Assembly (NCBI RefSeq): GCF_005696695.1
Contig: NZ_CP040006.1
Location: forward strand, 780,001 to 812,000
From: Schaalia odontolytica
GTDB taxonomy: Bacteria > Actinomycetota > Actinomycetes > Actinomycetales > Actinomycetaceae
Direction of reading: 5' to 3'
DNA length: 32,000 nucleotides
A program made the position numbers and the translations under genes. Positions within the stretch are counted from its first letter, which is position 1. The number at the start of each line of letters is the position of its first letter. Shown one piece after another: positions 7,973 to 17,865 of this stretch. The notes beneath the pieces were generated by a model, which had not been told where the DNA came from, made no database searches, and saw only the letters and a list, made by a program, of their open reading frames with translations.

Positions 7973-9247
7973 GTGGACTCGCTTTTCCTGTGGGAGCTTG
8001 GGACTCCCAAGGTCTATCTCATCTGGCTGCTGGTGCTCGCTGCCCAGATCGTCGTCGCGGAGATTAACCGGCGGTGGAACTGGACGATCTTTGCCGTGTG
8101 GACCGTCGGCGGCATCGCCCTCATGCCATACGCGTGGATCCACGGGACACCCATGGTGGGGTGGTTCCCGTTCGGCAAGTACGCGATCATGATCCTGACA
8201 GCCACCATGACGGGCACGGTGCTGGTGTACGCGAAGCGCAACCCGGTCAAGGCCCACAAGTACGCGATCTGGCTGGGCGTGGCCCTGTGGATCGGCCTGG
8301 CCGTCAACATCATGGAGGCGAACATCCGCGACCTGACGATCTACTTCAACGCGGATGCGTACTACGCGTGCGGTGCAGACTGGCAGTGCCTGAAGGGCGT
8401 CAACGATGCGCACACGATCGACATGATTGCCGGCCTGCCCGAGGCCAGGGGCGTCACCGCCGAGCTGCACTCCCAGCAGTGGTATCAGGAGGTCGCCGCC
8501 AACCTCTCCGCCCGCCACGTCGGCATCGATCCGGAGACGGGCTTCCGCACGATTGGCGGCTACTGGAACCTGCTGTCCGCCGCGGCCGGCCTGCTCAACA
8601 TCATCACGATCACGGGCCTGGGCAAGATCATCGTGACCTCGCCCGGGAAGCGCTCCGTGCGAGGCCTCATCTGGGTGGACATGGTGTGGCCGTGGGTGAT
8701 CGCCTACGACCTGTGGAACCACGCGTTCTTGTACAACTCGCTGGCCGACTACACGTGGTACTGCACGCTCGCTCTGCTGCTCGCCTGCACGATCCCTGCG
8801 TTCACGTGGGCAAAGGGCCAGTGGATCTGGTTCCGCTGCTTCACGCTAGTCTTCTGGATCTCCATGAACACCCTCCTGCCCGAGGTCTTGGTCCCTCCTT
8901 CGGACATCTTCAACTTCGCGACGATGGACCCGCGCGCGAACATCGCGTGCGCGGCCCTGGCGCTCGCGGCCAACGTCGCGCTTTTCGCCTACTGGCTGTA
9001 CAAGATCGTGGCGTACAAGAGGAATCCGATCACGGGCGTCCTGTACTGCGAGCTGGCCGAGTTCCGCACCATCGTGCGCGAGCACTGCGACGACAAGGAC
9101 AAGTACTTCCTCGTCGACAGAATCCCAGAAACCCCCGAGGAGCTCGGCTTCGAGTCCGACTCGCCCACGCCGCCCGCTGATGGCTACCGTGCCTGGATGC
9201 CCTGGTGGAAGGGAGAGGATCGGCGGCACCCGTCAAAGCGCTCGTAG
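7973..9247 (+). CDS. Paralogous uncharacterised polytopic membrane protein with an enlarged Cys-containing loop
   Basis: In-frame GTG at 7973 lies 5 nt after aaggaga (7961-7967). GTG 7952 is an alternative start. It is homologous along its length to 5725-6762, including the C-terminal tail (KRNPITG...ETPEELGF vs KRRNPLTQ...TTPEKAGF). It carries an extra ~55-aa loop (YFNADAYYACGADWQCLKGVNDAHT...). Confidence 0.85.
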   Translation: MDSLFLWELGTPKVYLIWLLVLAAQIVVAEINRRWNWTIFAVWTVGGIALMPYAWIHGTPMVGWFPFGKYAIMILTATMTGTVLVYAKRNPVKAHKYAIWLGVALWIGLAVNIMEANIRDLTIYFNADAYYACGADWQCLKGVNDAHTIDMIAGLPEARGVTAELHSQQWYQEVAANLSARHVGIDPETGFRTIGGYWNLLSAAAGLLNIITITGLGKIIVTSPGKRSVRGLIWVDMVWPWVIAYDLWNHAFLYNSLADYTWYCTLALLLACTIPAFTWAKGQWIWFRCFTLVFWISMNTLLPEVLVPPSDIFNFATMDPRANIACAALALAANVALFAYWLYKIVAYKRNPITGVLYCELAEFRTIVREHCDDKDKYFLVDRIPETPEELGFESDSPTPPADGYRAWMPWWKGEDRRHPSKRS

Positions 9248-9494
9248 GTAGGCGACAAAACGGAGCCGTCAGTGGTTTGCGGGCCAGATGCTCCTCGCGT
9301 GGTGTGGGATGTGTGGGGGAGGGGGTGGTCCTCGCTGAGGCGCCATCCTCTCCACTTCTTCACCAAAAGGTCAAGAATTCTTAAATTGTGAAACTCTCTA
9401 GGAGGTTGTTGACAAACCTTGAGACGATGGAGCAATGGCGTGCCATCCGGAAAGCCCCGGAGACGCGTCCCCATCTGTACAGAAACGAGGAACA

Positions 9495-11933
9495 ATGATG
9501 CATCAACGCTCATGGAAGACCCTCATCGCGGGAGGCGCGGCGCTCGCTGTCGGCGTCACGCTCACCGCGTTCGGCGCCCCCGCCCACGCGGCGGGCGTCC
9601 CGGGGATCACCTCCGAGGCTCGCGCCCAGGACGAGGTCATGAACTACGCGGTCAACCTGACCGCCGACGCCTCCCACTACGACTTCAACGCGGCCGTCTC
9701 CAAGGCCTCGGAAAATGGTGTGGTCCTGGCCCAGTACCCCGAATTCAACACCTTCTTCGTCCAGTCGGTGAAGGCCTCCTTCGCCCCGACGCTCGGCAAG
9801 AGCCTCGTCGACGCCGGCATCTCCTACCAGTCGATCGGCCCCACCCGCTACAAGACGGTCACTGGCTCCGAGGTGCGCACCGAGCAGCCGCAGACCACCG
9901 CGTCCGAGGCCAACGCCGTCGCTGACGCCGCGGGCACCCGCTCGACCGGCCTGTCCGCCGACTCCCAGCTCAACGACTTCACCCCCGACGAGGGCGACGC
10001 CAACGCCTGGGGCCTGGCCGCCGTCGGCGCGCTCGAGGCCCAGCAGGTCGACGTCCCCCTCGAGAACGTGACTGTCGGCGTCATGGACACCGGCATCGAC
10101 CCCGACCACAAGGACCTCAAGGAGCACCTGGACGCTTCGCGTTCCGTGGGCTGCCAGATCAACGGCATCCCCAGCCAGAACCCCGCGGACTGGAAGGATG
10201 ACCACTACCACGGCACGCACGTCGCCGGCACTATCGCCGCCGCGCACAACGCCTATGGCGTGGACGGCGTGGCCCCCAGCGCGACCATCGTCGCGATCAA
10301 GACCTCGAACGAGGCCGGCTCCTTCTACCCCGAGTATGTGGCCTGCGCCTTCGACTGGGCTGCCGAGCACGACATCGACGTGACGAACTCCAGCTACTAC
10401 ATGGACCCCTACGCCTTCTGGATGCCCACCGAGGGCTCCCAGGCCGCGGGCCTTGAGGCTGCCTCGCGCGCGATCCGCTACGCGAAGAACCACGGCGTCG
10501 TCAACATCGCCGCCGAGGGTAACGACAACGACGACCACGACAACCCGACGATCGACAAGGCCTCGCCGAACGACGTCGAGGGCGCCGCGGTCGAGCGCAA
10601 CGTGGCCGGCGGCATTGACGTGCCCGCCATGGTCAACGACTCGGTCGTCTCCGTGGCCGCCGTCGCCCTGCCCACCGGTACCGACCCGGCCACGGCCAAG
10701 TTCGAGCGTTCCAAGTTCTCCAACTACGGCAAGACCTCCGTGGACGTGGCCGCCCCCGGCTCGCGCATCTGGTCGACCCTGCCGACCTGGAAGAAGGATC
10801 CGCCTTTCGGTTACCTGTCGGGTACCTCAATGGCTTCCCCGCACGCTGCGGGCGTCGCCGCGCTGATTAAGCAGATCCACCCGGACTACACGCCCGACCA
10901 GACGATCGCCCTGCTCAAGAAGCAGGCTGGCTACACCTACGACCGCCTCGCTGCGCCCGAGGATGGTAAGGAATACCGCGGCGCCGGCCTCGTCAACGCC
11001 CTGGCCGCAGTCCTCAAGGACCAGCCGCAGCCCGTCCTCGGCAGCCTTGAGTACTCCCACGACGGTGCCACCGACTGGCGTCCGCTGGCCGATGCGTCTG
11101 TCTCCGGTACCGTCTACGTGCGCACCACGGTCTCCGGCCCCGTCACCAAGGCCTCCCTGAAGGTCGGCGACAAGGAAGCCGTGACCGGCACCGGCACGGG
11201 CGCCTTCGAGGGGAACGAGGTCACGCTCGTGGCCGGCCCCTACAACGCCACCGACCTGATCGGCGACGCCCCCCATGTGGACGTCACGGTTGTCGCCGAG
11301 GGGCGCAACAAGGATTCCCGCGCCGATGACGACGTCAAGGACTCGATTCACTTCCGCGTGGATGAATCCCTGCGCGATGGCGGCGCCTGGACCAACAGCA
11401 CCGATGGCTGGAAGTACTGCTACAACGACGGCTACTGCGCCCGCAGCAAGTACATCGAGATTGACGGCGCCACCTACTACTTCAACGGCGACGCCGTGAT
11501 GGCGACCGGCTGGGTCACCTTCGATGCCGCGTGGCACTGGATGACTCCGTCCGGCCGCATGGCGACGGGCTGGGCCAACGTGGGTGGCACCTGGTACTAC
11601 CTCGATCCCGCCACCGGCGCGATGGCCACCGGCTGGGTTGACGTCGACGGCTCCTGGTACTACCTGAACGCCTCGGGCGCGATGGCGACCGGCTGGGTCA
11701 ACGTGGACGGTTACTGGTACTACCTGACCGGCAACGGCTCCATGGCCACCGGCTGGACCGCCGTCAACGGCAAGTGGTACTACCTGACCGGCAACGGCGC
11801 GATGGCGATCGGCTGGGTCAACGACGGCGGCACCTGGTACTACCTTGACGCCTCCGGCAAGATGGTGACCGGCTGGGTCTCCATCGATGGCACGCGCTAC
11901 CACTTCGCGCCCTCCGGCGCGTGGCTCGGCTGA
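9495..11933 (+). CDS. Secreted subtilisin-like serine protease (peptidase S8) with I9-like propeptide and cell-wall-binding repeats
   Basis: Start at ATG 9495 (MMHQRSWKTLIAGGAALAVGVTLTAFGAPAHA, a signal peptide), preceded by gaggaa. Propeptide: NYAVNL...YPEFNTFFVQS...SIGPTR. Catalytic motifs: VMDTGID, HGTHVAG, AAEGND, GTSMASPH. A beta-rich domain closely resembles module 2 of 603-4937 (SLEYSHDG..VRTTVSGPVTKASLKVG..GRNKDSRADDD). The C-terminus has GW..V.G.WYYL..(N/S)GAMATGW repeats. Confidence 0.93.
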   Translation: MMHQRSWKTLIAGGAALAVGVTLTAFGAPAHAAGVPGITSEARAQDEVMNYAVNLTADASHYDFNAAVSKASENGVVLAQYPEFNTFFVQSVKASFAPTLGKSLVDAGISYQSIGPTRYKTVTGSEVRTEQPQTTASEANAVADAAGTRSTGLSADSQLNDFTPDEGDANAWGLAAVGALEAQQVDVPLENVTVGVMDTGIDPDHKDLKEHLDASRSVGCQINGIPSQNPADWKDDHYHGTHVAGTIAAAHNAYGVDGVAPSATIVAIKTSNEAGSFYPEYVACAFDWAAEHDIDVTNSSYYMDPYAFWMPTEGSQAAGLEAASRAIRYAKNHGVVNIAAEGNDNDDHDNPTIDKASPNDVEGAAVERNVAGGIDVPAMVNDSVVSVAAVALPTGTDPATAKFERSKFSNYGKTSVDVAAPGSRIWSTLPTWKKDPPFGYLSGTSMASPHAAGVAALIKQIHPDYTPDQTIALLKKQAGYTYDRLAAPEDGKEYRGAGLVNALAAVLKDQPQPVLGSLEYSHDGATDWRPLADASVSGTVYVRTTVSGPVTKASLKVGDKEAVTGTGTGAFEGNEVTLVAGPYNATDLIGDAPHVDVTVVAEGRNKDSRADDDVKDSIHFRVDESLRDGGAWTNSTDGWKYCYNDGYCARSKYIEIDGATYYFNGDAVMATGWVTFDAAWHWMTPSGRMATGWANVGGTWYYLDPATGAMATGWVDVDGSWYYLNASGAMATGWVNVDGYWYYLTGNGSMATGWTAVNGKWYYLTGNGAMAIGWVNDGGTWYYLDASGKMVTGWVSIDGTRYHFAPSGAWLG
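11385..11930 (+). repeat. Array of ~60-nt coding repeats (cell-wall-binding repeats) at the 3' end of the protease gene
   Basis: The translated repeats are GWANVGGTWYYLDPATGAMATGW / VDVDGSWYYLNASGAMATGW / VNVDGYWYYLTGNGSMATGW / TAVNGKWYYLTGNGAMAIGW / VNDGGTWYYLDASGKMVTGW. Confidence 0.9.
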
Positions 11934-12013
11934 GCCAAAAGGGGACGAGGCCGGGGCTGGGACGTTCCGGCCTCGAACCCCGGGCTGAGCGCTGACAGCG
12001 CCCAACTGAAGAC

Positions 12014-12059
12014 AAACAGGGGCGGGTCCGAACCTAGCGTTCGGACCCGCCCCGTTTGT
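12014..12059. terminator. Bidirectional stem-loop terminator between convergent genes
   Basis: A perfect 15-bp GC stem, ggggcgggtccgaac / gttcggacccgcccc, with loop ctagc. It is extended by aaac/gttt flanks with one bulge. It lies between the protease stop (11933) and the reductase stop (12126). A second 9-bp hairpin, cgaggccgg/ccggcctcg, lies at 11946-11975. Confidence 0.7.
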
Positions 12060-12125
12060 TCCCTCACGCGTCCCGGGAGGGATCCGGGCGCGCCCCCAAC
12101 GGTGCCCAGGGGCGCGATGGGCGGA

Positions 12126-13523
12126 TCAGCCCAGGGAGTCGAAGAGGACCTGCAGGCCCTCGCCCATGGTCGGGTGCGCGATCGGCAGGAAGCGCAGCTG
12201 CTCGTAGGTCAGGCCGCCAGCCATGGCGACGTGCACGGCAGTGATGACCTCGGAGACGTTCGGGCCGATCAGCGTGGCGCCCAGGATCTGGTGCGTGTTC
12301 GCATCCACGACGGCCTTCCAGAAGCCCTCGCCCGCGTAGCGCATCGTCTTGGCGCGCGGAATCGCGGCCGTGGGAACCTTGGCGATACGCACGTCCAGGC
12401 CGGCCTCGCGGGCCTCGCCCTCGGACAGGCCGATGCGCGCCAGCTCGGGGGTGGCGAACACGGCGTAGGGGATCGTGCGGCCCTTCGTGGTGGTGGTCGC
12501 ATCGTCCAGGGACGCGCCGGTCAGCTGCGCGCGGATGATGCGGAAGTCCGACCAGGACGCGTGCGTGAACATGGGGGTGCCCGCGCAGTCGCCGGCCGCC
12601 CACACGCCCTCAGCGGAGGTGCGCAGGTGCTCATCCACCGCGACGAAACCACGATCGGTGAGTTCAACCCCGGCCTCGTCCAGGCCGATGCCGTCCGTGT
12701 TGGGCACGCGACCCACGGCCACCAGGACCGCCTCGGCGGACACCGTCGAGCCGTCGGAGAGCGTCAGGGTCGTCGTGTTGCCCTCGCGCGAGGCAGACTC
12801 AGCGCGGCCGGGCACGATGCGCACGCCGGCGGCTTCCAGGCCCGCCTCGACGACGCGGGCGGCGTCCTCGTCCTCGCGAGGCAGCACGTGATCACCCGAA
12901 GAGATAAGCGTGACGTCCACGCCGAACGTCGCCATCATCGACGCGAACTCCACGCCGATGTAGCTGGCGCCGATGATCGCCAGGGAGGAGGGGAGCTCCT
13001 CGAGACGCAGGATCTCCTCGTTCGTCCACGCGCCGGACTCCCACAGGCCCGGGATCGCGGGACGCGCCGGGCGCGAACCGAGGTTGATGAGGACGCGCTC
13101 ACCACGAATCGTGCGCTCGCCGCCGTCTTCCAGCGCGATGGTGACCGTGCGCTCGCCCGTGAAACGAGCCTCGCCACGGATGAAGTCCAGGCCGGGGGCT
13201 GCGAACATCTTCTCGTGCGCGCCGACCATGGCGCCGACGATGCCCTCCTTGTGGGCGCGGAGCTTGGCCAGGTCCACGCGCGCGCCCTCGGTGCCGACGA
13301 TGCCGAACGCCTCGTCCGTGCGGGCGTCACTGAGGCGACGAGCCGAGTTGACCAGCGACTTCGTGGGGATGCAGGCGACATTGATGCAGGTGCCGCCGAC
13401 GAACTGGCGCTCCACCATGGCGACCTTCCAGCCCGCCTTCGCGCGCTCCATCGCGAGGGACTTTCCGGCCTTGCCGCCGCCGACAACCAGCAGGTCGACG
13501 TTCTCGATTGCGTTCGTGGACAT
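12126..13523 (-). CDS. Class I FAD-dependent pyridine nucleotide-disulfide oxidoreductase (RclA/MerA-like)
   Basis: FAD-binding motif DLLVVGGGKAGKS, redox-active disulfide GGTCINVACIPTK, NAD(P) site LAIIGASYIGVEFA, and a C-terminal dimerisation domain ending in HPTMGEGL. Confidence 0.9.
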   Translation of the reverse strand: MSTNAIENVDLLVVGGGKAGKSLAMERAKAGWKVAMVERQFVGGTCINVACIPTKSLVNSARRLSDARTDEAFGIVGTEGARVDLAKLRAHKEGIVGAMVGAHEKMFAAPGLDFIRGEARFTGERTVTIALEDGGERTIRGERVLINLGSRPARPAIPGLWESGAWTNEEILRLEELPSSLAIIGASYIGVEFASMMATFGVDVTLISSGDHVLPREDEDAARVVEAGLEAAGVRIVPGRAESASREGNTTTLTLSDGSTVSAEAVLVAVGRVPNTDGIGLDEAGVELTDRGFVAVDEHLRTSAEGVWAAGDCAGTPMFTHASWSDFRIIRAQLTGASLDDATTTTKGRTIPYAVFATPELARIGLSEGEAREAGLDVRIAKVPTAAIPRAKTMRYAGEGFWKAVVDANTHQILGATLIGPNVSEVITAVHVAMAGGLTYEQLRFLPIAHPTMGEGLQVLFDSLG

Positions 13524-13723
13524 GTTTCTCCTTGGGTAGTAAAGGGTTACCTATCTCAACGCTCCGTGCCTGGATCTATTCCAACAGGTGGTCAATCATC
13601 GGGTGCGTATTATCACGTTGAAACGGCCATATGACGCTCGTTTGGCGGGTGTAAAGAAACGAAGGCTCACATAGTGATCGTGCCGTTCGTTCAAACCCCC
13701 TTCGGCATGCTTAGATTAGGGGT

Positions 13724-13978
13724 ATGAGGGCTCTAGAAATTGGTGATTTCAAAGAGGATGTGGGGGCCGCTCTGGCGCGCGCCTCATCCGGTGAAGTCGT
13801 CACGCTCACTGAGGAAGGTCAGCCCGTTGCCGAGCTGGGTCCCGTGCGCATGTCGACCTACGCGCAGTTGCGCGAACTGGGCCTCGAGCGCCCCGCTATG
13901 GCGGACCTCGACGCTTACCAGATGCCGTCCAAGAACCTGCCCGACGGGCGGGGGATCGTCGGCAAACTGGACGATTGA
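13724..13978 (+). CDS. Phd/YefM-like (prevent-host-death family) antitoxin, apparently orphan
   Basis: 84 aa. MRALEIGDFKEDVGAALARASSGEVVTLTEEGQPVAELGPV fits the Phd/YefM N-terminal pattern (..GE.V.lT..G.PVA.L.P). No toxin ORF can fit in the 26 nt before the convergent hrpB stop. Confidence 0.55.
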   Translation: MRALEIGDFKEDVGAALARASSGEVVTLTEEGQPVAELGPVRMSTYAQLRELGLERPAMADLDAYQMPSKNLPDGRGIVGKLDD

Positions 13979-14004
13979 TCGCCCGGCGCAGGGGGAGCGG
14001 ACAG

Positions 14005-16608
14005 CTACCCCCGGCGCTTGGCGCGGTTCGTGGGCTCCGCGTTGAGCGGGTCCTCGGGCCACGGATGCTTCGGGTAGCGCCCGCGTAGCTGTGCGCGCAC
14101 GTCCCGATACGGCCCCGCCCAAAACGACGTCAGGTCAGAGGTAACAGCAGCGGGGCGCCCCGCCGGATCCGTCAGATGCAGCACCAGGGGAACGCGCCCA
14201 TCCACCAGTCGGGGAGTGTCCGTCCACCCGAACGCCTGCTGGACGCGCAGCGTCAGCACCGGGTGCGCGCCGCTCCAGTCGATGGGCCGCGTACCTCCGG
14301 AAGGAATCGGCATCTTCTCTGGCGCCAGTTCGTCGAGACGTGCAGCGTCAGGCCACGGCAGCATCGAGCGCAGCGCCTCAAGCACCGACACGCTACTCAA
14401 GGAACCACCCTGTGCGAGGCGCTTCGCCCAGGGGAGGAGCCACTCGTGGGCGCTGCCCGCGAGGGCCTCATCCGACACGTCCGGCCACGGATCGCCGAGC
14501 ACCTCGTGGAGCACCCGCATGCGCTCGCGCAGGGACGAGGCCTCCTTCCCCCAGCCCAGATCGCCCAGTCCGCGCGCGGCCAGGTGCTCCGCCACCAGCG
14601 CGACCGCCTCCTCTTCGCTCAGGGACGAGGCCGGGGCGCTCTTGAGGGGGATAGCTCCCAGGGCGCGCGTGCGGGTCGCACGCAAGGCCCCCTTGTCGAT
14701 CGAGGCCTGTGTGCGGGTTTCCAGCAGTGCCGCGCCGGCCACCAGGGCGTCCTCCTCCGACAGTGGCACCGCCGCGAGAATACGCGCGTGGCGCGACGCC
14801 GGAGCCCGGTCGATCGAAGCAACAGCCAGCCACTCCTGCCCCTCAAGGGGAGAGCCCTGCGGCAGCTCGGCACCCACGCCGCCCGCCAGAATGTAGGCGG
14901 CAGACCCCGGGCGGCGCCGCGCGATCCACTCCGGGTACGCCAGCGCGCACGTCAGAGCCAGCTCGTCCTCGCGCGTGCGCGAGCCCGCCTCCTGGTGCGT
15001 AGTCACAACGGACGCGAGGGCGTCGTCCGACGCGGAATTCGGCAGACGCTGCGCCAGGCGCTCCAAGCGTGCCCGCGTCTCCTTCACCCGCGCCGCCTGC
15101 GCCTTCCCGACTCCCGCATCGCTGGCGCCACCGCGACCCAGCCGACGCTCCAGCGCACCCAGGTCAGCCCCCGGAACGCGCAGGTCCTCCGACAGGAGGG
15201 CAACGAAACGCGCCGCCTTTGACGTCCCCAGGATCGCGCTCGACGCCAGGAGGGCCCTGCCCAAGGGCGGGTCCAACGGCAGCGACGCCAGCGTACGGCC
15301 GAGAGCGGTGGCGGCCCCGGCCTCGTCGATGGCGCCCAGGGAGGACAGGCGCTGCCCGGCGGCCTCCCACGTACCCGCGGGTGGAGCGTCAAGCAGGGCG
15401 AGTTCCTCCACCGGGGTGCCCCACGCGGCGACCTGGAGTCGCGCGTCCGTCAGGTCCTGCGTGGCGATGCCCGGCGCCGACTGCGCGGGCCTGCGGGCCA
15501 CATCCACCGAGTCCATGACGCGCACGGCGACGCCCGGGCCGGTGCGCGCGGCGCGGCCCGCACGCTGGTCGAGTCGGGCGAGCGCCGCGGGAACGGTCAC
15601 GAGAGAGGAGAGGGAGCGCCCCGCGTCGAAGCGCGGCTCGCGCGCGAGCCCCGCGTCCACGACGACGGACACGCCGGGAACCGTGAGCGAGGACTCCGCG
15701 ATGGACGTGGAGAGGATGACGCGGCGACCGGAAGCGGGGGAGAGTGCGCGGTCCTGCTCGGCGGCGCTGAGCTGTCCATGAAGCGTCAGGACCGGGATGT
15801 TGCCCAGGTGCAGGTTGCCTCGGACGGTCTCGATCTCGCCCACGCCCGGTAGGAACACGAGGACCGAGCCCTCGGTGGCGGCGACCGTCTCCTCGACCGT
15901 GCGTGCCACGTGCGCCAGGTACTCGCGGCGCACACCCACGCGCTCGTTCCCGATCGCACCCACGGCCTCGACGCCGCGCGGCGGGGGAGTGTAGCGCAGC
16001 TCCAGCGGAAAAATATCCCCCGGAATATCAACGAGCGCGGGCTCCTCGCCCGTCGAGGCGCGCAGGAAATCAACCGTTCGCGAGGCCTCGAGCGTCGCCG
16101 AGGTAAGTGTAACGAAAAGGTCGTCGCGCAGCGCCGAGCGGGCATCCAATGCGAATGCCAGCGCCAAGTCAGTGTCCAGGTCGCGCTCATGGAACTCGTC
16201 GACGATCAGGGCAGATACCCCGGGCAGCTCGGGGTCACGCTGCAGGCGACGCAGCGCCACGCCCGGCGTCACCATCTCCACGCGCGTACGCTCGCTGACG
16301 CGCGAATCTCCGCGCACCGAATAGCCGACCTGCCCGCCGACCTCCTCGCCGAGCAGGCGCGCGATCCTGCGAGCGGCAGCCCGCGCGGCCACCCTGCGCG
16401 GCTGCGTGACGAGAACACGCCCCGCCGATGCGTCGTACTGGGCCAATGCCACCGCCACCGCGGGCGGCAGTAGCGTCGTCTTACCCGTGCCCGGAGGCGC
16501 CGTGATCACCGCGCAGCCACCCGGCCGCGTCGCCGCCGCGATATCGCCCAAGGCGCGCGTGACCGGCAGCTGCGGCGGGTGCGAAACGAGTTCTTCGAGG
16601 GTGGGCAT
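14005..16608 (-). CDS. hrpB: ATP-dependent DExH-box RNA helicase HrpB
   Basis: Walker A APPGTGKTT, DExH motif VDEFHERDLDTD, helicase motifs LVFLPG / TSIAESSLTV / QRAGRAAR, and a long HrpB-type C-terminal region. Start taken at ATG 16608 (MPTLEEL...). ATG 16644, 12 codons upstream, is an alternative and lies at the edge of the tandem repeat. Confidence 0.9.
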   Translation of the reverse strand: MPTLEELVSHPPQLPVTRALGDIAAATRPGGCAVITAPPGTGKTTLLPPAVAVALAQYDASAGRVLVTQPRRVAARAAARRIARLLGEEVGGQVGYSVRGDSRVSERTRVEMVTPGVALRRLQRDPELPGVSALIVDEFHERDLDTDLALAFALDARSALRDDLFVTLTSATLEASRTVDFLRASTGEEPALVDIPGDIFPLELRYTPPPRGVEAVGAIGNERVGVRREYLAHVARTVEETVAATEGSVLVFLPGVGEIETVRGNLHLGNIPVLTLHGQLSAAEQDRALSPASGRRVILSTSIAESSLTVPGVSVVVDAGLAREPRFDAGRSLSSLVTVPAALARLDQRAGRAARTGPGVAVRVMDSVDVARRPAQSAPGIATQDLTDARLQVAAWGTPVEELALLDAPPAGTWEAAGQRLSSLGAIDEAGAATALGRTLASLPLDPPLGRALLASSAILGTSKAARFVALLSEDLRVPGADLGALERRLGRGGASDAGVGKAQAARVKETRARLERLAQRLPNSASDDALASVVTTHQEAGSRTREDELALTCALAYPEWIARRRPGSAAYILAGGVGAELPQGSPLEGQEWLAVASIDRAPASRHARILAAVPLSEEDALVAGAALLETRTQASIDKGALRATRTRALGAIPLKSAPASSLSEEEAVALVAEHLAARGLGDLGWGKEASSLRERMRVLHEVLGDPWPDVSDEALAGSAHEWLLPWAKRLAQGGSLSSVSVLEALRSMLPWPDAARLDELAPEKMPIPSGGTRPIDWSGAHPVLTLRVQQAFGWTDTPRLVDGRVPLVLHLTDPAGRPAAVTSDLTSFWAGPYRDVRAQLRGRYPKHPWPEDPLNAEPTNRAKRRG

Positions 16609-16640
16609 GGCTTCATTGTGCGTGTACCCAGGGCATCCAT

Positions 16641-16749
16641 GCATCCGGGAACCATCCGCCGCGTCGCTCCGATGCGTCCGGGAACCATCCGCCGCGTCGC
16701 TCCGATGCGTCCGGGAACCATCCGCCGCGTCGCTCCGATGCGTCCGGGG
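16641..16749. repeat. 33-bp tandem repeat, about 3.3 copies, in the hrpB/phoH divergent intergenic region
   Basis: The unit gc(a/g)tccgggaaccatccgccgcgtcgctccgat occurs at 16641-16673, 16674-16706 and 16707-16739, followed by the partial copy gcgtccgggg. Copies 2 and 3 are identical. Copy 1 differs at one base (a for g). Confidence 0.95.
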
Positions 16750-16812
16750 TCACTGCGTGAGAGGGCAACGTGAAGCCTGTGGAGGGGCGCTCCAGCGTAG
16801 AATGGAAGCAGT

Positions 16813-17861
<1,049 letters not shown>

Positions 17862-17865
<4 letters not shown>

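Noticed and set aside
8074-9180. 368-aa ORF in an alternative frame of the membrane-protein paralog gene.
   Set aside because: The translation is Arg/Pro/His-rich with no TM segments or motifs. The 7973-9247 frame gives a coherent polytopic protein homologous to 5725-6762.
9303-9328. G-rich tract gtgtgggatgtgtgggggagggggtgg upstream of protease 2, considered as a G-quadruplex.
   Set aside because: Only three runs of 3 or more G are present, so it does not satisfy a canonical four-run G4. No supporting feature was found.
13740-14045. 101-aa ORF overlapping the Phd-like gene and the hrpB 3' end, considered as a missing toxin.
   Set aside because: It lies in a different frame across the antitoxin and translates to Arg/Pro/Ser/Trp-rich sequence without PIN, Doc or RelE features. 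It also overlaps the well-supported hrpB C-terminus.
16641-16749. Possible CRISPR array.
   Set aside because: The repeats are directly adjacent with no spacers, there are only about 3.3 copies, and no cas genes are nearby. It is a simple tandem repeat.
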